A stretch of DNA of 32,000 nucleotides from Candidatus Nitrospira inopinata (GTDB lineage Bacteria > Nitrospirota > Nitrospiria > Nitrospirales > Nitrospiraceae): NCBI RefSeq assembly GCF_001458695.1, contig NZ_LN885086.1:2460001-2492000 (forward strand). Reading direction: 5' to 3'. Positions 17,626-27,454 of the stretch are shown piece after piece (position 1 is the stretch's first letter; the number at the start of each line of letters is the position of its first letter). Position numbers and translations under genes: made by a program. A model generated the notes under the pieces. The model was not told the DNA's origin. It searched no databases and worked only from the letters and a program-made list of their open reading frames with translations.

Positions 17626-19332
17626 ATGAAAACAACAAGGATGTCGATCTTGTGCCTGGTTCTGCTGGGCGGTCTCACGTTGTCTGCTTATGGAGGAGCT
17701 TCCCCGTTCGAGTTGTCCCTTCGAACCGTTCCGCCGGGTGCGACCGTTTCGGTGAGTGGAAAGGGATGGGGAACGTTTCGGTCGGCGACGACCAATCGGG
17801 TGCTGGTCGGCGGCGTTCCGGCGCTGATTCAACGATGGGAACCGAGCATGATCGAGTTTAAGGTTCCGTTCAAGGCCGAAAGCGGTCCCGTCGAAGTCTG
17901 GGTCGGCAAGAAGAAATTTTCAGTTGGGACGTTGACCGTGGCGACGCCGCAGATCGATGCCGTCACGCCCACGGAGGCGGAACGGGGTTCGGTGCTTCAA
18001 ATTACGGGCCGTCATTTTGGCGTGACGGCGGGATCGCGTGATCCCAACACCATGTTCGGCGTGAACGACGTGGTCATCGGCGGCGTCGCCGTGCGCCCGA
18101 AACGATGGAAGGATGATCTCATCGAGGCGGAGATTCCCGCCAACGCGGAAACCGGCGAAGTCATCGTGCGGCTGGCCTCGTCCGATCCGTTGCCGGACGG
18201 CTCTTGCTGCGCCCCGGTGGAGCATGTCGTGAGCAATGCCGCGAGGATTTCCCTTATCCCGTCGGTACGGGTCGACCCTGTGAGCGGTCCGGTCGGAACG
18301 AAGGTGGTGCTGTTCGGCGGTGGGTTCGGTGCCGAAAAAGAGCCGAACGACGCCGTGTTGATAGGAGAACAACCGCTTGTGGTGGCCCAATGGAAAGACG
18401 ACGTAATTGTGGCCCACGTTCCTTTGGGTGCGGTGTCAGGCTCCGTCGTGCTGCGCAGTCAGGGACGGACGCGGATAGTCGGTCAGTTTATCGTGCAGGA
18501 GCCGAAGGTCACGGGGATGAGTCCTTCCAGTGCGCCGATTGGAACGTTGCTGCGCATCGACGGGGAACATTTCGGGGTGTACAGCGAGAGCGGCGCGACT
18601 CCCTTTAATTTCATTGACTTCGACAAGGGGGACAACCGCGTCGAAATCGGAGGGGTGCCGGCCGTGATCTATCGCTGGATCGATGACCGGATCGACGTCT
18701 GGGTGCCCTTCAGCGCCAAGAGCGGAAAAGTAGTGGTGTATCGAAGCGCGACCAAGCCGTTGCCGGACGGCCGGTGCTGCGCCGAGCGGGGAACCGTCGC
18801 GATTGAGGCGGGGACCTTCACGGTTGTCACTCCCGTCGTGGAATCGTATGAACCAAGATCGGCGGGGTTGGACGAGACGGTGACGATCAGGGGTAGAGGG
18901 TTCGGCACGTTTCTCAAGACCGCCGAGCATGCGGATTTACGATTGAATGAAAAGGCCTACAAGCGGCGCGCGGATCTTGAAATCAACGAACCGGACGATC
19001 CCTCCACGGTGGTCAGCAACGTGTCGCGTACGGAAGTGCTGTTCAACGGCGCGGCCGCGCTGGTGCAGTCCTGGACCGATTCCGAGATCGTGGTGAAAGT
19101 GCCCCATCGCAATCTCTATGGGATCGGGAAGAAGGGAGCGTTTTTCGACAACTTGGCGACCGGTCCGCTAGTCGTCCGGAGAGGATCATGGGATCTCCTT
19201 CCCGATGGGAGCTGTTGCACGCCAAAAAAATGGCTCACCATCGAAGCAGGCCCGTTCACCATTGAGGCCAGAAACCTCCCCGATACCGGTTACTGGGACA
19301 ATAACCGCCCCGACGCCAATACGAATCAATGA
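17626..19332 (+). CDS. Exported protein with five tandem IPT/TIG-like Ig-fold domains
   Basis: Signal peptide MKTTRMSILCLVLLGGLTLSAYG. Five repeats of the pattern P.I....P..G..G..V.I.G..FG...V.(I/V)GG..A....W.D..I...VP.....G.V.V. Three of them carry LPDG(S/R)CC. AGGAAGGA RBS. Confidence 0.85.
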   Translation: MKTTRMSILCLVLLGGLTLSAYGGASPFELSLRTVPPGATVSVSGKGWGTFRSATTNRVLVGGVPALIQRWEPSMIEFKVPFKAESGPVEVWVGKKKFSVGTLTVATPQIDAVTPTEAERGSVLQITGRHFGVTAGSRDPNTMFGVNDVVIGGVAVRPKRWKDDLIEAEIPANAETGEVIVRLASSDPLPDGSCCAPVEHVVSNAARISLIPSVRVDPVSGPVGTKVVLFGGGFGAEKEPNDAVLIGEQPLVVAQWKDDVIVAHVPLGAVSGSVVLRSQGRTRIVGQFIVQEPKVTGMSPSSAPIGTLLRIDGEHFGVYSESGATPFNFIDFDKGDNRVEIGGVPAVIYRWIDDRIDVWVPFSAKSGKVVVYRSATKPLPDGRCCAERGTVAIEAGTFTVVTPVVESYEPRSAGLDETVTIRGRGFGTFLKTAEHADLRLNEKAYKRRADLEINEPDDPSTVVSNVSRTEVLFNGAAALVQSWTDSEIVVKVPHRNLYGIGKKGAFFDNLATGPLVVRRGSWDLLPDGSCCTPKKWLTIEAGPFTIEARNLPDTGYWDNNRPDANTNQ

Positions 19333-20330
19333 TGGTCGGTTGGGAAGAAGGCGTGAGGCGCGGCAAGGTTTGGCGACGGGGCTCTTTCATGATGATTCCC
19401 TGCGCCGTCGTTCTCTGGTTCGTCTCTGCATCGGCGGAAGTTCACTCTCTGCTTGTGCAGGCTCAAAAGAGCAATACGGGCGCGGATCTGATGAGCGTTC
19501 AGTTTCTCACCCCCCAGACCGGATGGGCGGCCGGGTCCGGAGGGACCATTCTCAAGACGACGGACGGCGGAAAAACGTGGCGAAAGGTCGCCAGTGGAAC
19601 GTCCAACCTCTTGACCTCGATTTTTTTTGCCGATCAACAGAGAGGCTGGGTGACCGGGGCGGGCGGAACGTTACGGCGGACCGTTGACGGCGGTCAAACC
19701 TGGTCGCAGATACCGCTCGACGTCGCGCAGCCCCTGTATCGTCTTTCGTTTGCGTCCTCCACGGTCGGCTGGGTGGTCGGCGGCGACGGAACGATTTTGC
19801 ATACGACCGACGGTGGGCATCGCTGGGTGGAGCAGCAAAGCGGAACACATGCCACGCTCTATGCCGCGCATTTCGTCGACGAACGTCATGGCGTGGTCGT
19901 CGGCGCCTTGGGAACGATCTTGACGACGGAAGATGGGGGAGCGACATGGGTCGCCCGGGAGGCTCAAGGGGCCGTCACTTTCTTCGACGTCTTTTTCACG
20001 GACCCCTCAAACGGATGGGCGGTCGGAAACGCCGGCGCTCTTTTTCAAACGTCCGACGGCGGCCGTGAATGGAGCGACCATTCACTGCCCTGTGGAAAGT
20101 CTTGCACGAAGCTCGTTGATTTCTTACAGATCAGATTCACCGGTCCGCAGGTGGGATGGATTGTCGGCGATCGCGGCGCGCTGTACCGCACGACCGACGC
20201 AGGGTTCACCTGGGTGCCGGAAACGGCGATTGCACCAGTCTCATTGTTCGGTCTGAACTTTGTCGGGTCGGAGCACGGTTGGGCGGTTGGAGCAAAAGGA
20301 GCCATCGTCCATCTGCAACCTGCCCGGTAA
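19329..20330 (+). CDS. Ycf48/BNR-like beta-propeller protein, exported
   Basis: Six repeats of (T/S/E/V)DGGxxW: TDGGKTW, VDGGQTW, TDGGHRW, EDGGATW, SDGGREW, TDAGFTW. Signal peptide ...RRGSFMMIPCAVVLWFVSASA. The ATG overlaps the upstream stop (ATGATG/TGA). Confidence 0.85.
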   Translation: MMVGWEEGVRRGKVWRRGSFMMIPCAVVLWFVSASAEVHSLLVQAQKSNTGADLMSVQFLTPQTGWAAGSGGTILKTTDGGKTWRKVASGTSNLLTSIFFADQQRGWVTGAGGTLRRTVDGGQTWSQIPLDVAQPLYRLSFASSTVGWVVGGDGTILHTTDGGHRWVEQQSGTHATLYAAHFVDERHGVVVGALGTILTTEDGGATWVAREAQGAVTFFDVFFTDPSNGWAVGNAGALFQTSDGGREWSDHSLPCGKSCTKLVDFLQIRFTGPQVGWIVGDRGALYRTTDAGFTWVPETAIAPVSLFGLNFVGSEHGWAVGAKGAIVHLQPAR

Positions 20331-20335
20331 TCGTG

Positions 20336-20357
20336 CTTGCCCATCCTCGTGGGCAAG
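20336..20357 (+). terminator. Possible terminator hairpin after the propeller gene
   Basis: CTTGCCCA-tcctcg-TGGGCAAG, a perfect 8-bp stem 6 nt after the stop. The trailing U-tract is poor (TGTTCGGG). Confidence 0.35.
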
Positions 20358-20440
20358 TGTTCGGGTGACCGATGATCGTGCGGAGTCCAAGTCGCGCGGA
20401 GCCGAAGGACTTGACCCCATCTAAAGCGGAGGGATAAAGC

Positions 20441-20842
20441 GTGGTTATGAAGACACGAGGTGTATTGGCCGTTCTCTTTGTCGTGTCGCTTGCCGTTCCG
20501 GTGTGGGCTGGAGAGCCGGAGTCGTTTGATCCGGATGAGCCGTTTCAGCGGGCGTTTTCGTCGAATCTGCTCCGCTCGCTTCTCAACAAGACGCTGGATC
20601 AGTTGGAAGATTACTTGGAAATGTCCGGCCATCTCGCGCCTGATGAGGCGACCGGAGATCGTCGTGGTCGCCTGCGGTTCAAAATTTACCCGGAGGGCAA
20701 GTCGAAATCCCGTCAGCATTTCGAGGCCGAAGGCTGGTTCCGGTTGACCCCGGATGACACCGTCCACGATTTTTCTTTCCACTTCAAGAACCCCGATAAA
20801 CGAACGAAAAGCCCCTCTCCACGACCCGAGGACGTGCTTTAA
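20441..20842 (+). CDS. Small exported protein of unknown function
   Basis: Signal peptide M(V)VMKTRGVLAVLFVVSLAVPVWA. GGAGGG upstream. Start is GTG 20441 or ATG 20447. Confidence 0.6.
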   Translation: MVMKTRGVLAVLFVVSLAVPVWAGEPESFDPDEPFQRAFSSNLLRSLLNKTLDQLEDYLEMSGHLAPDEATGDRRGRLRFKIYPEGKSKSRQHFEAEGWFRLTPDDTVHDFSFHFKNPDKRTKSPSPRPEDVL

Positions 20843-20967
20843 GATCATCAATAATCAGTGAAAGATCGACCCTTTTGGGGCGAGCCTGGCGCCTGTCGTC
20901 TCGGCATCGATAGCAAATCCGAACCTATTCGTTGCCTGTTGGCTTCTCCCCTGACCAGGGGTTTCGC

Positions 20968-21708
20968 TTATCCCAGATTGCCAAGACGGGATTGAAGAAT
21001 ACTGATCGCGGCGATGGCGGCGGTTTCGGCTCGCAAAATGGACGAGCCGAGGGTGATGGGCTTGCATCCGGCCTGCTCGGCCATCAGCGTCTCTTCTTTG
21101 GTCCAGCCCCCTTCCGGCCCTATAAGCAGCAGAACCGTGGTGTCCGCGTCGGAGGGGAGGGGGATGTCGCCAAGGCCGGCGCCGTCGTACCGTTCGGCAA
21201 GGAAGAGCGAAACCATCGCGGGTTCGGGAACCGAGCAAATTTCTTGTAGAGATCGTGGGTGGGTGATGGTCGGTATGACCCACTGCTCGGATTGCTGGGC
21301 CGCCTCCAAGGCGATACGGCGCCAGCGGGCCAACTGACCTGCAAGACGGTCCGGTCTCAAATGAACGACGCTGCGGCCGGCTTCGAGCGGAACGATCATC
21401 CTGACGCCGAGTTCCGTCGCTTTCTGGACGACCCAATCCATTTTCTCTCCCTTGAGCAAGGCTTGCGCCAGAGTCAGGGTGGGGGTGCGTTGAGGTGGTT
21501 GCGTCTGAGCTTCGATAATCCGTCCGCTCATCATTTGTTTGGTTATCGCCGTGATTTCGGTCCGATATCGATGGCCTGCTCCGTCGCTCAAGCAGACGGT
21601 CTCGCCGATAGTGACGCGCAAACTGTCTCTCAGATGAATCAACAGATCGCCGCCGATTGCAATGGTCGTTGGCGTGATGTGCTCGGGTGGAACGAAGAAG
21701 ACCGGCAT
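20968..21708 (-). CDS. rsmE: 16S rRNA (uracil1498-N3)-methyltransferase
   Basis: MPVFFVP..., LLIGPEGGWTKEE, LGSSILRAETAAIAA (SPOUT/RsmE signature). Confidence 0.9.
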   Translation of the reverse strand: MPVFFVPPEHITPTTIAIGGDLLIHLRDSLRVTIGETVCLSDGAGHRYRTEITAITKQMMSGRIIEAQTQPPQRTPTLTLAQALLKGEKMDWVVQKATELGVRMIVPLEAGRSVVHLRPDRLAGQLARWRRIALEAAQQSEQWVIPTITHPRSLQEICSVPEPAMVSLFLAERYDGAGLGDIPLPSDADTTVLLLIGPEGGWTKEETLMAEQAGCKPITLGSSILRAETAAIAAISILQSRLGNLG

Positions 21709-21754
21709 GGGGAAGGTAGATGGACCAAGGAGATGGAACCGGGAAACAAATCGC

Positions 21755-22882
21755 CTATTCGAAGAACGTCTTCATTTTGTCGAAAAATCCGTCACCGTTG
21801 TCCTCCAATGACATGCCGCTTTCCTTGGCGAATTCCATGAGCAATTCTTTTTGCCTCGCCGTCAATTTCGTGGGAATTTGCACCTTGATGGTGTAGAGCT
21901 GATCGCCGACGCTTCCGCCTTTGAGGCTCGGGACGCCAAGTCCCTTGATGCGAAGAACCTTATCGTGCTGGGTGCCCGGTGGAATCTTGAGAATCGTTGA
22001 GCCCTTCAGGGTCGGAACTTCAATTTTGCCACCAAGGATTGCCGTGATAAAGCTGATGGGAACATCGCACGTGATGTCCAACCCCTTCCGTTGAAAGACC
22101 GGATGGGGTTTGACCGTGATCGCGACGTACAAATCTCCCGGCGGCCCGGAATGGATTCCGTGCTCACCCTCGTTGGACAGCCGGAGCCTCATGCCGGACT
22201 CGATGCCGGCCGGAATATTGACGACGATGGTCCGCTCTTTGTACACGCGCTGCCGGCCTTGGCAGGCGGGGCAAGGATCGGTGACGACACGACCGGCGCC
22301 TTCGCACTGGCCGCAGGGGCGGCTGACGCTGAAGAAGCCCTGCTGAAAGCGCAACTGGCCCGTGCCTTTGCAGGAGGGACAGGTCTTAATGGCCGCCGCC
22401 GACTTGGCTCCGCTGCCTCTACAGTCTGGGCAGGTTTCCCATCGGGGAATTTTGAGCTTGGCCTCTTTTCCGTAAACCGCCTCTTCGAACGAGATTTCCA
22501 AGTTGTACTGAAGGTCGCTCCCTCGTTCCGGGCGAGAGCCGCCGCGGGGCTGGCCGAAGAAATCCTCGAAGATGTCGCTGAAGACGTCTCCGAACCCTCC
22601 GCGGCCGAAATCAAAGCCTTCGAATCCCCCCGGCCCTTGTTGCGCGCCGGCGTGACCGAACATATCGTAGCGACGCCGCTTGTCTTGGTCGCTGAGCACC
22701 TCATAGGCTTCATTGATTTCTTTGAACTTTTCTTCGGCCGCCTTTTTCTGGTGCTCGCCGGTTTGGAGGTCGGGGTGGTGTTGACGGGCGAGACGCCTGT
22801 AAGCTTTTTTGACCTCCTCGTCGGAGGCGTTCCTATCGACGCCGAGGATTTCGTAGTAATCGCGTCTGCTCACGGGCGCCAT
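21755..22882 (-). CDS. dnaJ: Molecular chaperone DnaJ
   Basis: J domain DYYEILGV...HPD. Gly/Phe region. Four CxxCxGxG zinc-finger motifs. Confidence 0.98.
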   Translation of the reverse strand: MAPVSRRDYYEILGVDRNASDEEVKKAYRRLARQHHPDLQTGEHQKKAAEEKFKEINEAYEVLSDQDKRRRYDMFGHAGAQQGPGGFEGFDFGRGGFGDVFSDIFEDFFGQPRGGSRPERGSDLQYNLEISFEEAVYGKEAKLKIPRWETCPDCRGSGAKSAAAIKTCPSCKGTGQLRFQQGFFSVSRPCGQCEGAGRVVTDPCPACQGRQRVYKERTIVVNIPAGIESGMRLRLSNEGEHGIHSGPPGDLYVAITVKPHPVFQRKGLDITCDVPISFITAILGGKIEVPTLKGSTILKIPPGTQHDKVLRIKGLGVPSLKGGSVGDQLYTIKVQIPTKLTARQKELLMEFAKESGMSLEDNGDGFFDKMKTFFE

Positions 22883-22962
22883 TGCTCAAATTGCGAAGAA
22901 AGATAGACGAGCGAGGAGTTCGTCGTTTCGAACACTCAACGCCGTCTTATCAAGTAAGTTCA

Positions 22963-24894
22963 TCACGACTTCTTGTCTTTGTCCACTTCTTCGAATTCCG
23001 CGTCCACCACTTTGTCGTCGGATTTGGACTGGCTCGATCCATCACCGGTGGGGCCGGCGCTTTGCGGGCCCGCTGAACTGGTCGCCGAGGCCGCTTTCTT
23101 GTACATTTCCTCGGCTAGTTTGTGCGAAGCGGTCATGAGCGTTTGCGTCGCCGATTCGATGGCGGCGGCGTCCGTCCCTTCCAACGCTTTCTTCACCGCC
23201 GCGATGGCGTCTTGGATCTTGGCTTTTTCTTCGCTCGAGATCTTGTCCCCGTGCTCCGCGACGTTTTTTTCCGTTTGGTAGATGAGATTGTCGGCTTGGT
23301 TTTTGGCTTCGGCAAGCTTGCGACGCTTCTTGTCTTCTTCGGTGTGCGCTTGCGCTTCCTTGACGAGCCGTTCCACTTCGTCTTTGCTGAGTCCGCTCGA
23401 GGCGGTGATTCTGATGGATTGCTCTTTCTGGGTGGCCAAATCTTTGGCCGTCACGTGGACGATGCCGTTGGCGTCGATATCGAAGGAGACGTCGATTTGC
23501 GGCATGCCCCGCGGGGCCGGAGGAATACCGACCAGGTCGAACTGGCCCAGCAGTTTATTGTCGTTGGCCATTTCGCGTTCTCCTTGAAAGACGCGAATGG
23601 TGACGGCGGTCTGGTTGTCGGCGGCGGTCGAAAAGATCTGGCTTTTCTTCGTGGGAATGGTCGTATTGCGCTCGATGAGTTTGGTGAACACGCCGCCCAA
23701 GGTCTCGATCCCCAAGGACAGGGGTGTGACGTCCAATAGGAGCACGTCTTTGACCTCTCCCTTCAGCACGCCTCCCTGAATGGCGGCGCCCACGGCCACT
23801 ACCTCGTCCGGATTGACGCCGCGGTGCGGCTCCTTCCCGAAAAACTCTTTGACCACCTGAATGACTTTCGGCATGCGTGTCATGCCGCCGACCAAGACCA
23901 CTTCGTTGATATCCCGCGCGGAAACCCCGGCGTCCGCCAGCGCCTTCCTGCAGGGTTCGATGGTGCGTTGAATCAGGTCGTCGACCAACTGTTCGAGCTT
24001 GGCGCGGGTCAGCTTGACGACCATGTGCTTCGGGCCGCTCGCGTCGGCGGTAATAAAGGGAAGGTTGATTTCCGTTTCCTGAGACGACGACAGCTCGATT
24101 TTGGCTCGTTCGGCCGCTTCCTTGAGCCGTTGGAGCGCCATCCGATCCTTGCGCAGGTCGATTCCCTGGTCCCTTTTGAATTCATCGACCAGCCAATCCA
24201 TGACCCGAAGATCGAAATCGTCGCCGCCCAGATACGTGTCGCCGTTGGTGGACTTCACCTCGAAGACGCCTTCGCCGATCTCCAAGATCGAGATGTCGAA
24301 CGTGCCGCCGCCAAGATCATACACGGCGATGCGTTCGTCTTTTTTCTTGTCGAGACCGTAGGCAAGAGACGCGGCCGTCGGTTCGTTGATGATGCGCAGG
24401 ACGTTCAACCCCGCGATTTGTCCCGCGTCTTTCGTGGCCTGCCGCTGGCTGTCGTCGAAATAGGCCGGCACGGTGATGACCGCTTCGGTGATTTTTTCGC
24501 TGAGGTAATCTTCGGCGGTCTGCCGCATCTTTTGCAGAATCATGGCGGAAATTTCCGGAGGGCTGTACCGTTTGCCGCGCAATTCGACGTGGGCGTCGCC
24601 GTTGTCGGCTTCGACGACCTTGTAGGGCAAACGTTTCATCGCTTCCTGGACCTCTCGGCTCCTGAATTTTCGCCCCATCAACCGTTTGACCGAGAAGATG
24701 GTATTTTCCGGATTGGTGATCGCCTGCCGTTTGGCGATTTGACCGACCAACCGTTCGCCTTTATCGGTGATGGCGACAACGGAAGGAGTGGTGCGGCTTC
24801 CTTCGGCGTTGGCGATGACGACGGGGTCTCCGCCGCTCATGATGGCAACGCAAGAGTTGGTGGTCCCGAGGTCGATGCCGATGACTTTACCCAT
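22963..24894 (-). CDS. dnaK: Molecular chaperone DnaK (Hsp70)
   Basis: [35 protein letters not shown], and a C-terminal acidic EEVD-like tail. Confidence 0.99.
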   Translation of the reverse strand: MGKVIGIDLGTTNSCVAIMSGGDPVVIANAEGSRTTPSVVAITDKGERLVGQIAKRQAITNPENTIFSVKRLMGRKFRSREVQEAMKRLPYKVVEADNGDAHVELRGKRYSPPEISAMILQKMRQTAEDYLSEKITEAVITVPAYFDDSQRQATKDAGQIAGLNVLRIINEPTAASLAYGLDKKKDERIAVYDLGGGTFDISILEIGEGVFEVKSTNGDTYLGGDDFDLRVMDWLVDEFKRDQGIDLRKDRMALQRLKEAAERAKIELSSSQETEINLPFITADASGPKHMVVKLTRAKLEQLVDDLIQRTIEPCRKALADAGVSARDINEVVLVGGMTRMPKVIQVVKEFFGKEPHRGVNPDEVVAVGAAIQGGVLKGEVKDVLLLDVTPLSLGIETLGGVFTKLIERNTTIPTKKSQIFSTAADNQTAVTIRVFQGEREMANDNKLLGQFDLVGIPPAPRGMPQIDVSFDIDANGIVHVTAKDLATQKEQSIRITASSGLSKDEVERLVKEAQAHTEEDKKRRKLAEAKNQADNLIYQTEKNVAEHGDKISSEEKAKIQDAIAAVKKALEGTDAAAIESATQTLMTASHKLAEEMYKKAASATSSAGPQSAGPTGDGSSQSKSDDKVVDAEFEEVDKDKKS

Positions 24895-24941
24895 GGATGG
24901 CTCCTTCCTTCCCGATTTCGAGATTCGAGATGATTGATTCG

Positions 24942-25556
24942 CTAGTGGATGGTTGAATGTTGTTCATCGGTCTTGGCCGGTCCCGCCGACACGCTGACCA
25001 TCGCCGCGCGAAGGATGCGGTCATGCAGGCGATACCCTTTTTGAAATTCATCGATGACGTGATCTTGCGGCACCGAATCGGACGGCACGTGCGAGACGGC
25101 TTGGTGCGCGGCCGGATCGAATGCCTGTCCCGCCGCCTCGATCGCCTGCACGCCGAATCTGGCCAAAGTGCCGACCAATTGCTTCAGAGTCAATTCCACA
25201 CCTTGAATCAAAGCCTCATGGCCGGCGGCCTTGTTGTCGCGAGCGGCTTTGATGGCTCGTTCCATATTATCGACGGTGGGCAAGAGCTCTTTCAGCAACT
25301 GTTCGTTGCTGAACTTGATCTGTTCCCGTTGTTCCCGTTGGACGACTCGCTTGTAATTGTCAAACTCGGCGGCCAATCGGAGATACTTATCGTTCAGCGC
25401 TTTACACTCTTCCGTTTTTGCCTCCAGGGTCTTTTCTATTTCCGCTAACCGAGAATCCGCCGCACTCCTCTCCGGAGTGTCTTCGTTTACGCCCTCATTT
25501 TCTAAGTCACTGATTCTATTTGATTTTGAATCTAAATCGTTCGGTTCGACGCCCAC
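24942..25556 (-). CDS. grpE: Nucleotide exchange factor GrpE
   Basis: Coiled-coil N-terminus, then DNYKRV...F.P..H.A...GY.L.DR.LR. Position upstream of dnaK. GTG start preceded by AAAGGGGGA. Confidence 0.93.
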   Translation of the reverse strand: MGVEPNDLDSKSNRISDLENEGVNEDTPERSAADSRLAEIEKTLEAKTEECKALNDKYLRLAAEFDNYKRVVQREQREQIKFSNEQLLKELLPTVDNMERAIKAARDNKAAGHEALIQGVELTLKQLVGTLARFGVQAIEAAGQAFDPAAHQAVSHVPSDSVPQDHVIDEFQKGYRLHDRILRAAMVSVSAGPAKTDEQHSTIH

Positions 25557-25646
25557 GACATCCCCCTTTAATTGTCAACCAGATATCCATAGAGGATCAG
25601 AAGTCAACAGGACCGTCATGAAAAATGAGCAAGAGAAAAGGACGGA

Positions 25647-26456
25647 TCAGTTTTTTGAGGAGAGGAAAGGAAGACCCTGGGCGCGCTGATGGAGCAGTGC
25701 CAGTCCTTCCAGGGTCAAAAGAGGTTCAATGGTCTGAATGGTACTGGTTTCCGGAGCGACAACAGAGGCCAATCCCCCCGTCGCGACGACGTAAGAGGGC
25801 CGACCCATTTCTTGTTCCATGCGTTTGACAAGAGCATCGACCAGTCCGGCGTAACCGAACAAAAGACCGGATTGGATACTGCTCGCGGTGTCCGTTCCGA
25901 TGACGGTTTTGGGTCGCACCAGCTCGACTTTGCTCAATTTCGCGGCTCTGGTGAAGAGCGCCTCCGCCGCAATGCCGAGGCCCGGTGCGATGGCGCCGCC
26001 CAGGTAGTCTCCGGATTGGGTTACGGCGCAAAAGGTCGTGGCCGTGCCGAAATCGACGATGATGAGGTCTCGTTGAAACTTGTGGTGAGCCGCCGCCGCG
26101 TTGACGAGGCGATCGCTGCCGATTTCTTTGGGGTTGGCGTATTTGAGCGTCAGTCCTGTATCCATGTCTGAAGACACCACCAACGGCGTACAGGCAAAAT
26201 ATGTTTCCACCATAGATACAAATGTTTCCGTGAGGGATGGAACCACGCTGGAGATGATCGCGCCGGTGATCCGTTTCGGAGGCCGCCATTTTTGCTCAAG
26301 TAAGCTGGCGCAGAGGACTCCGTATTCATCGGCGGTCGCCTTTGGATTGGTGGCCAACCGCCAATGGGCTTGGATGGTCGATCCTTCGAATATGCCCCAG
26401 ACAATGTTTGTGTTGCCGATGTCGATTGCCGCCAGCATGGAGTCCATGAATTTCAT
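25647..26456 (-). CDS. coaX: Type III pantothenate kinase
   Basis: AIDIGNTN, GSDRLVNA, IIVDFGTATTF, VATGG. The exact start (26456, 26447 or 26438) is uncertain. Confidence 0.92.
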   Translation of the reverse strand: MKFMDSMLAAIDIGNTNIVWGIFEGSTIQAHWRLATNPKATADEYGVLCASLLEQKWRPPKRITGAIISSVVPSLTETFVSMVETYFACTPLVVSSDMDTGLTLKYANPKEIGSDRLVNAAAAHHKFQRDLIIVDFGTATTFCAVTQSGDYLGGAIAPGLGIAAEALFTRAAKLSKVELVRPKTVIGTDTASSIQSGLLFGYAGLVDALVKRMEQEMGRPSYVVATGGLASVVAPETSTIQTIEPLLTLEGLALLHQRAQGLPFLSSKN

Positions 26457-26552
26457 TGTACCGAGTGGGATGCGTGTTCTCCACTCCGAGAATCAGCGTC
26501 TCTCGCGGGGCATGATGTCATGAGTCAAAAAGAAGAGGCTTCCGTCTCTTTC

Positions 26553-26582
26553 TTGACTTGACCCTAGGTGCGCGCGTAGGAT
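26553..26582 (+). promoter_or_regulatory. Promoter candidate for tRNA-Gly
   Basis: TTGACT (26553-26558), 18-nt spacer, TAGGAT (26577-26582), 11 nt before the tRNA 5' end. Confidence 0.5.
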
Positions 26583-26593
26583 GCGAGCCGTGA

Positions 26594-26668
26594 GCGGGCG
26601 TAGCTCAGTGGTAGAGTCCTAGCTTCCCAAGCTAGTTGTCGTGGGTTCAAATCCCATCGCCCGCTCCA
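26594..26668 (+). tRNA. tRNA-Gly (anticodon CCC), genomically encoded CCA
   Basis: Manual cloverleaf. Acceptor GCGGGCG/CGCCCGC. D arm GCTC-AGTGGTA-GAGT. Anticodon arm CTAGC-TTCCCAA-GCTAG. T arm GTGGG-TTCAAAT-CCCAT. Discriminator U, then CCA. Confidence 0.95.
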
Positions 26669-26789
26669 AACTGGTCTCATCCCGCGTGGTTTTGCCTTCC
26701 CTTCCCACCTGCATCGGGTTTCCTAGCCATAGTCATATGGAAGTCATCCCTGTGCCAAGCAAGGATGAGGAATGGGAAGAAAAAGAAGC

Positions 26790-26987
26790 TCAGACCGCCT
26801 TTTTCACCAGGCCTGAGCGCAGGCAGCGCGTGCAGACGCGAATCCGCTTGTGGGTGCCGTCGATGACGGCGCGAACCGTTTGGAGGTTGGGATTGAACAC
26901 GCGCCGGGTTTTATTGTTGGCATGACTTACATTGTTTCCGGACCGCGGTTTTTTCTGGCAGAGTTCACATTGAAAGGCCACGATCAT
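26790..26987 (-). CDS. rpmB: 50S ribosomal protein L28
   Basis: [20 protein letters not shown] signature. ATG 26987 is preceded by AAGGAGA. The ORF track extension to 27035 is unlikely to be coding. Confidence 0.9.
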   Translation of the reverse strand: MIVAFQCELCQKKPRSGNNVSHANNKTRRVFNPNLQTVRAVIDGTHKRIRVCTRCLRSGLVKKAV

Positions 26988-27025
26988 TCTCCTTCGGAAT
27001 GAAAACGGTTGCGCTAAGCCGCCTG

Positions 27026-27055
27026 AATCTAGCACAGGCTTGTGAAGGTTGACAA
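27026..27055 (-). promoter_or_regulatory. Promoter candidate for rpmB
   Basis: On the minus strand: TTGTCA (27055-27050), 18-nt spacer, TAGATT (27031-27026), about 40 nt upstream of the rpmB ATG. Confidence 0.35.
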
Positions 27056-27162
27056 GTCGCGGGCGGATCGTCCGGGAGTCTGAACAGAACTCATTACCAC
27101 ATCAGCCGAAAGAGTCGCCCCTCACAACCGAGCGAGTCGTCCCTGACGAGGACGTCTCGGCC

Positions 27163-27192
27163 TTGACAAGCTTTGACGGGCTCTCCTATTGT
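27163..27192 (+). promoter_or_regulatory. Promoter candidate driving the first cobalamin riboswitch
   Basis: TTGACA (27163-27168), 18-nt spacer, TATTGT (27187-27192). Confidence 0.5.
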
Positions 27193-27194
27193 GC

Positions 27195-27400
27195 TGCCTG
27201 ACATAGCCTCCGGTCAAAGGGAAGAGGGTGCAAATCCCTCGCGGTCCCGCCGCTGTAAATGGGGACGAAACCTGCGGTTGCCACTGGCGCAAGGTCTGTT
27301 ACCTGCCGCTGTTGAAGGAGGAGGCAGCGATGACGGAAACGGCGCCGGGAAGGTGCGGGGACTAGGGTGAACCATGAGCCAGAAGACCTGGCTGGAGGAG
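27195..27400 (+). ncRNA. Cobalamin (B12) riboswitch aptamer
   Basis: GGTCAAAGGGAAGAGGGTGCAAATCCCTC (27212-27240), CCCGCCGCTGTAA, B12 box GCCACTG (27280-27286), GGGAAGG (27348-27354), and the 3' AGCCAGAAGACCTGGCT hairpin (27377-27393). Boundaries are approximate. Confidence 0.9.
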
Positions 27401-27454
27401 TGACCGATGTTCCTTCGAGGGCTGGGGAACAGGTGAGGATGAAGAGGCGGGGGC

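Noticed and set aside
20045-20851. 268-aa minus-strand ORF spanning the propeller gene 3' end, the intergenic hairpin and the 133-aa gene
   Set aside because: It crosses an intergenic region and two better-supported plus-strand genes. Its composition is Arg-rich and it has no motif.
20930-20967. CCCCTG-AC-CAGGGG followed by TTTCGCTT, considered as a terminator for the 133-aa gene
   Set aside because: A 2-nt loop is sterically implausible and the effective stem is 5 bp. It also lies about 100 nt past the stop and abuts the rsmE stop. The support is too weak to call.
22091-24933. 271-aa and 369-aa plus-strand ORFs opposite dnaJ and dnaK
   Set aside because: Classic antisense-of-Hsp70/Hsp40 shadow ORFs. 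Long open frames antisense to dnaK are a known annotation artefact and have historically been mislabelled as a glutamate dehydrogenase family.
25557-25646. Searched for a CIRCE element or a sigma32-type promoter upstream of grpE
   Set aside because: No TTAGCACTC/GAGTGCTAA inverted repeat and no CTTGAAA...CCCCAT pattern is visible. Only two GTTGAC direct repeats are present, so no regulatory feature was called.
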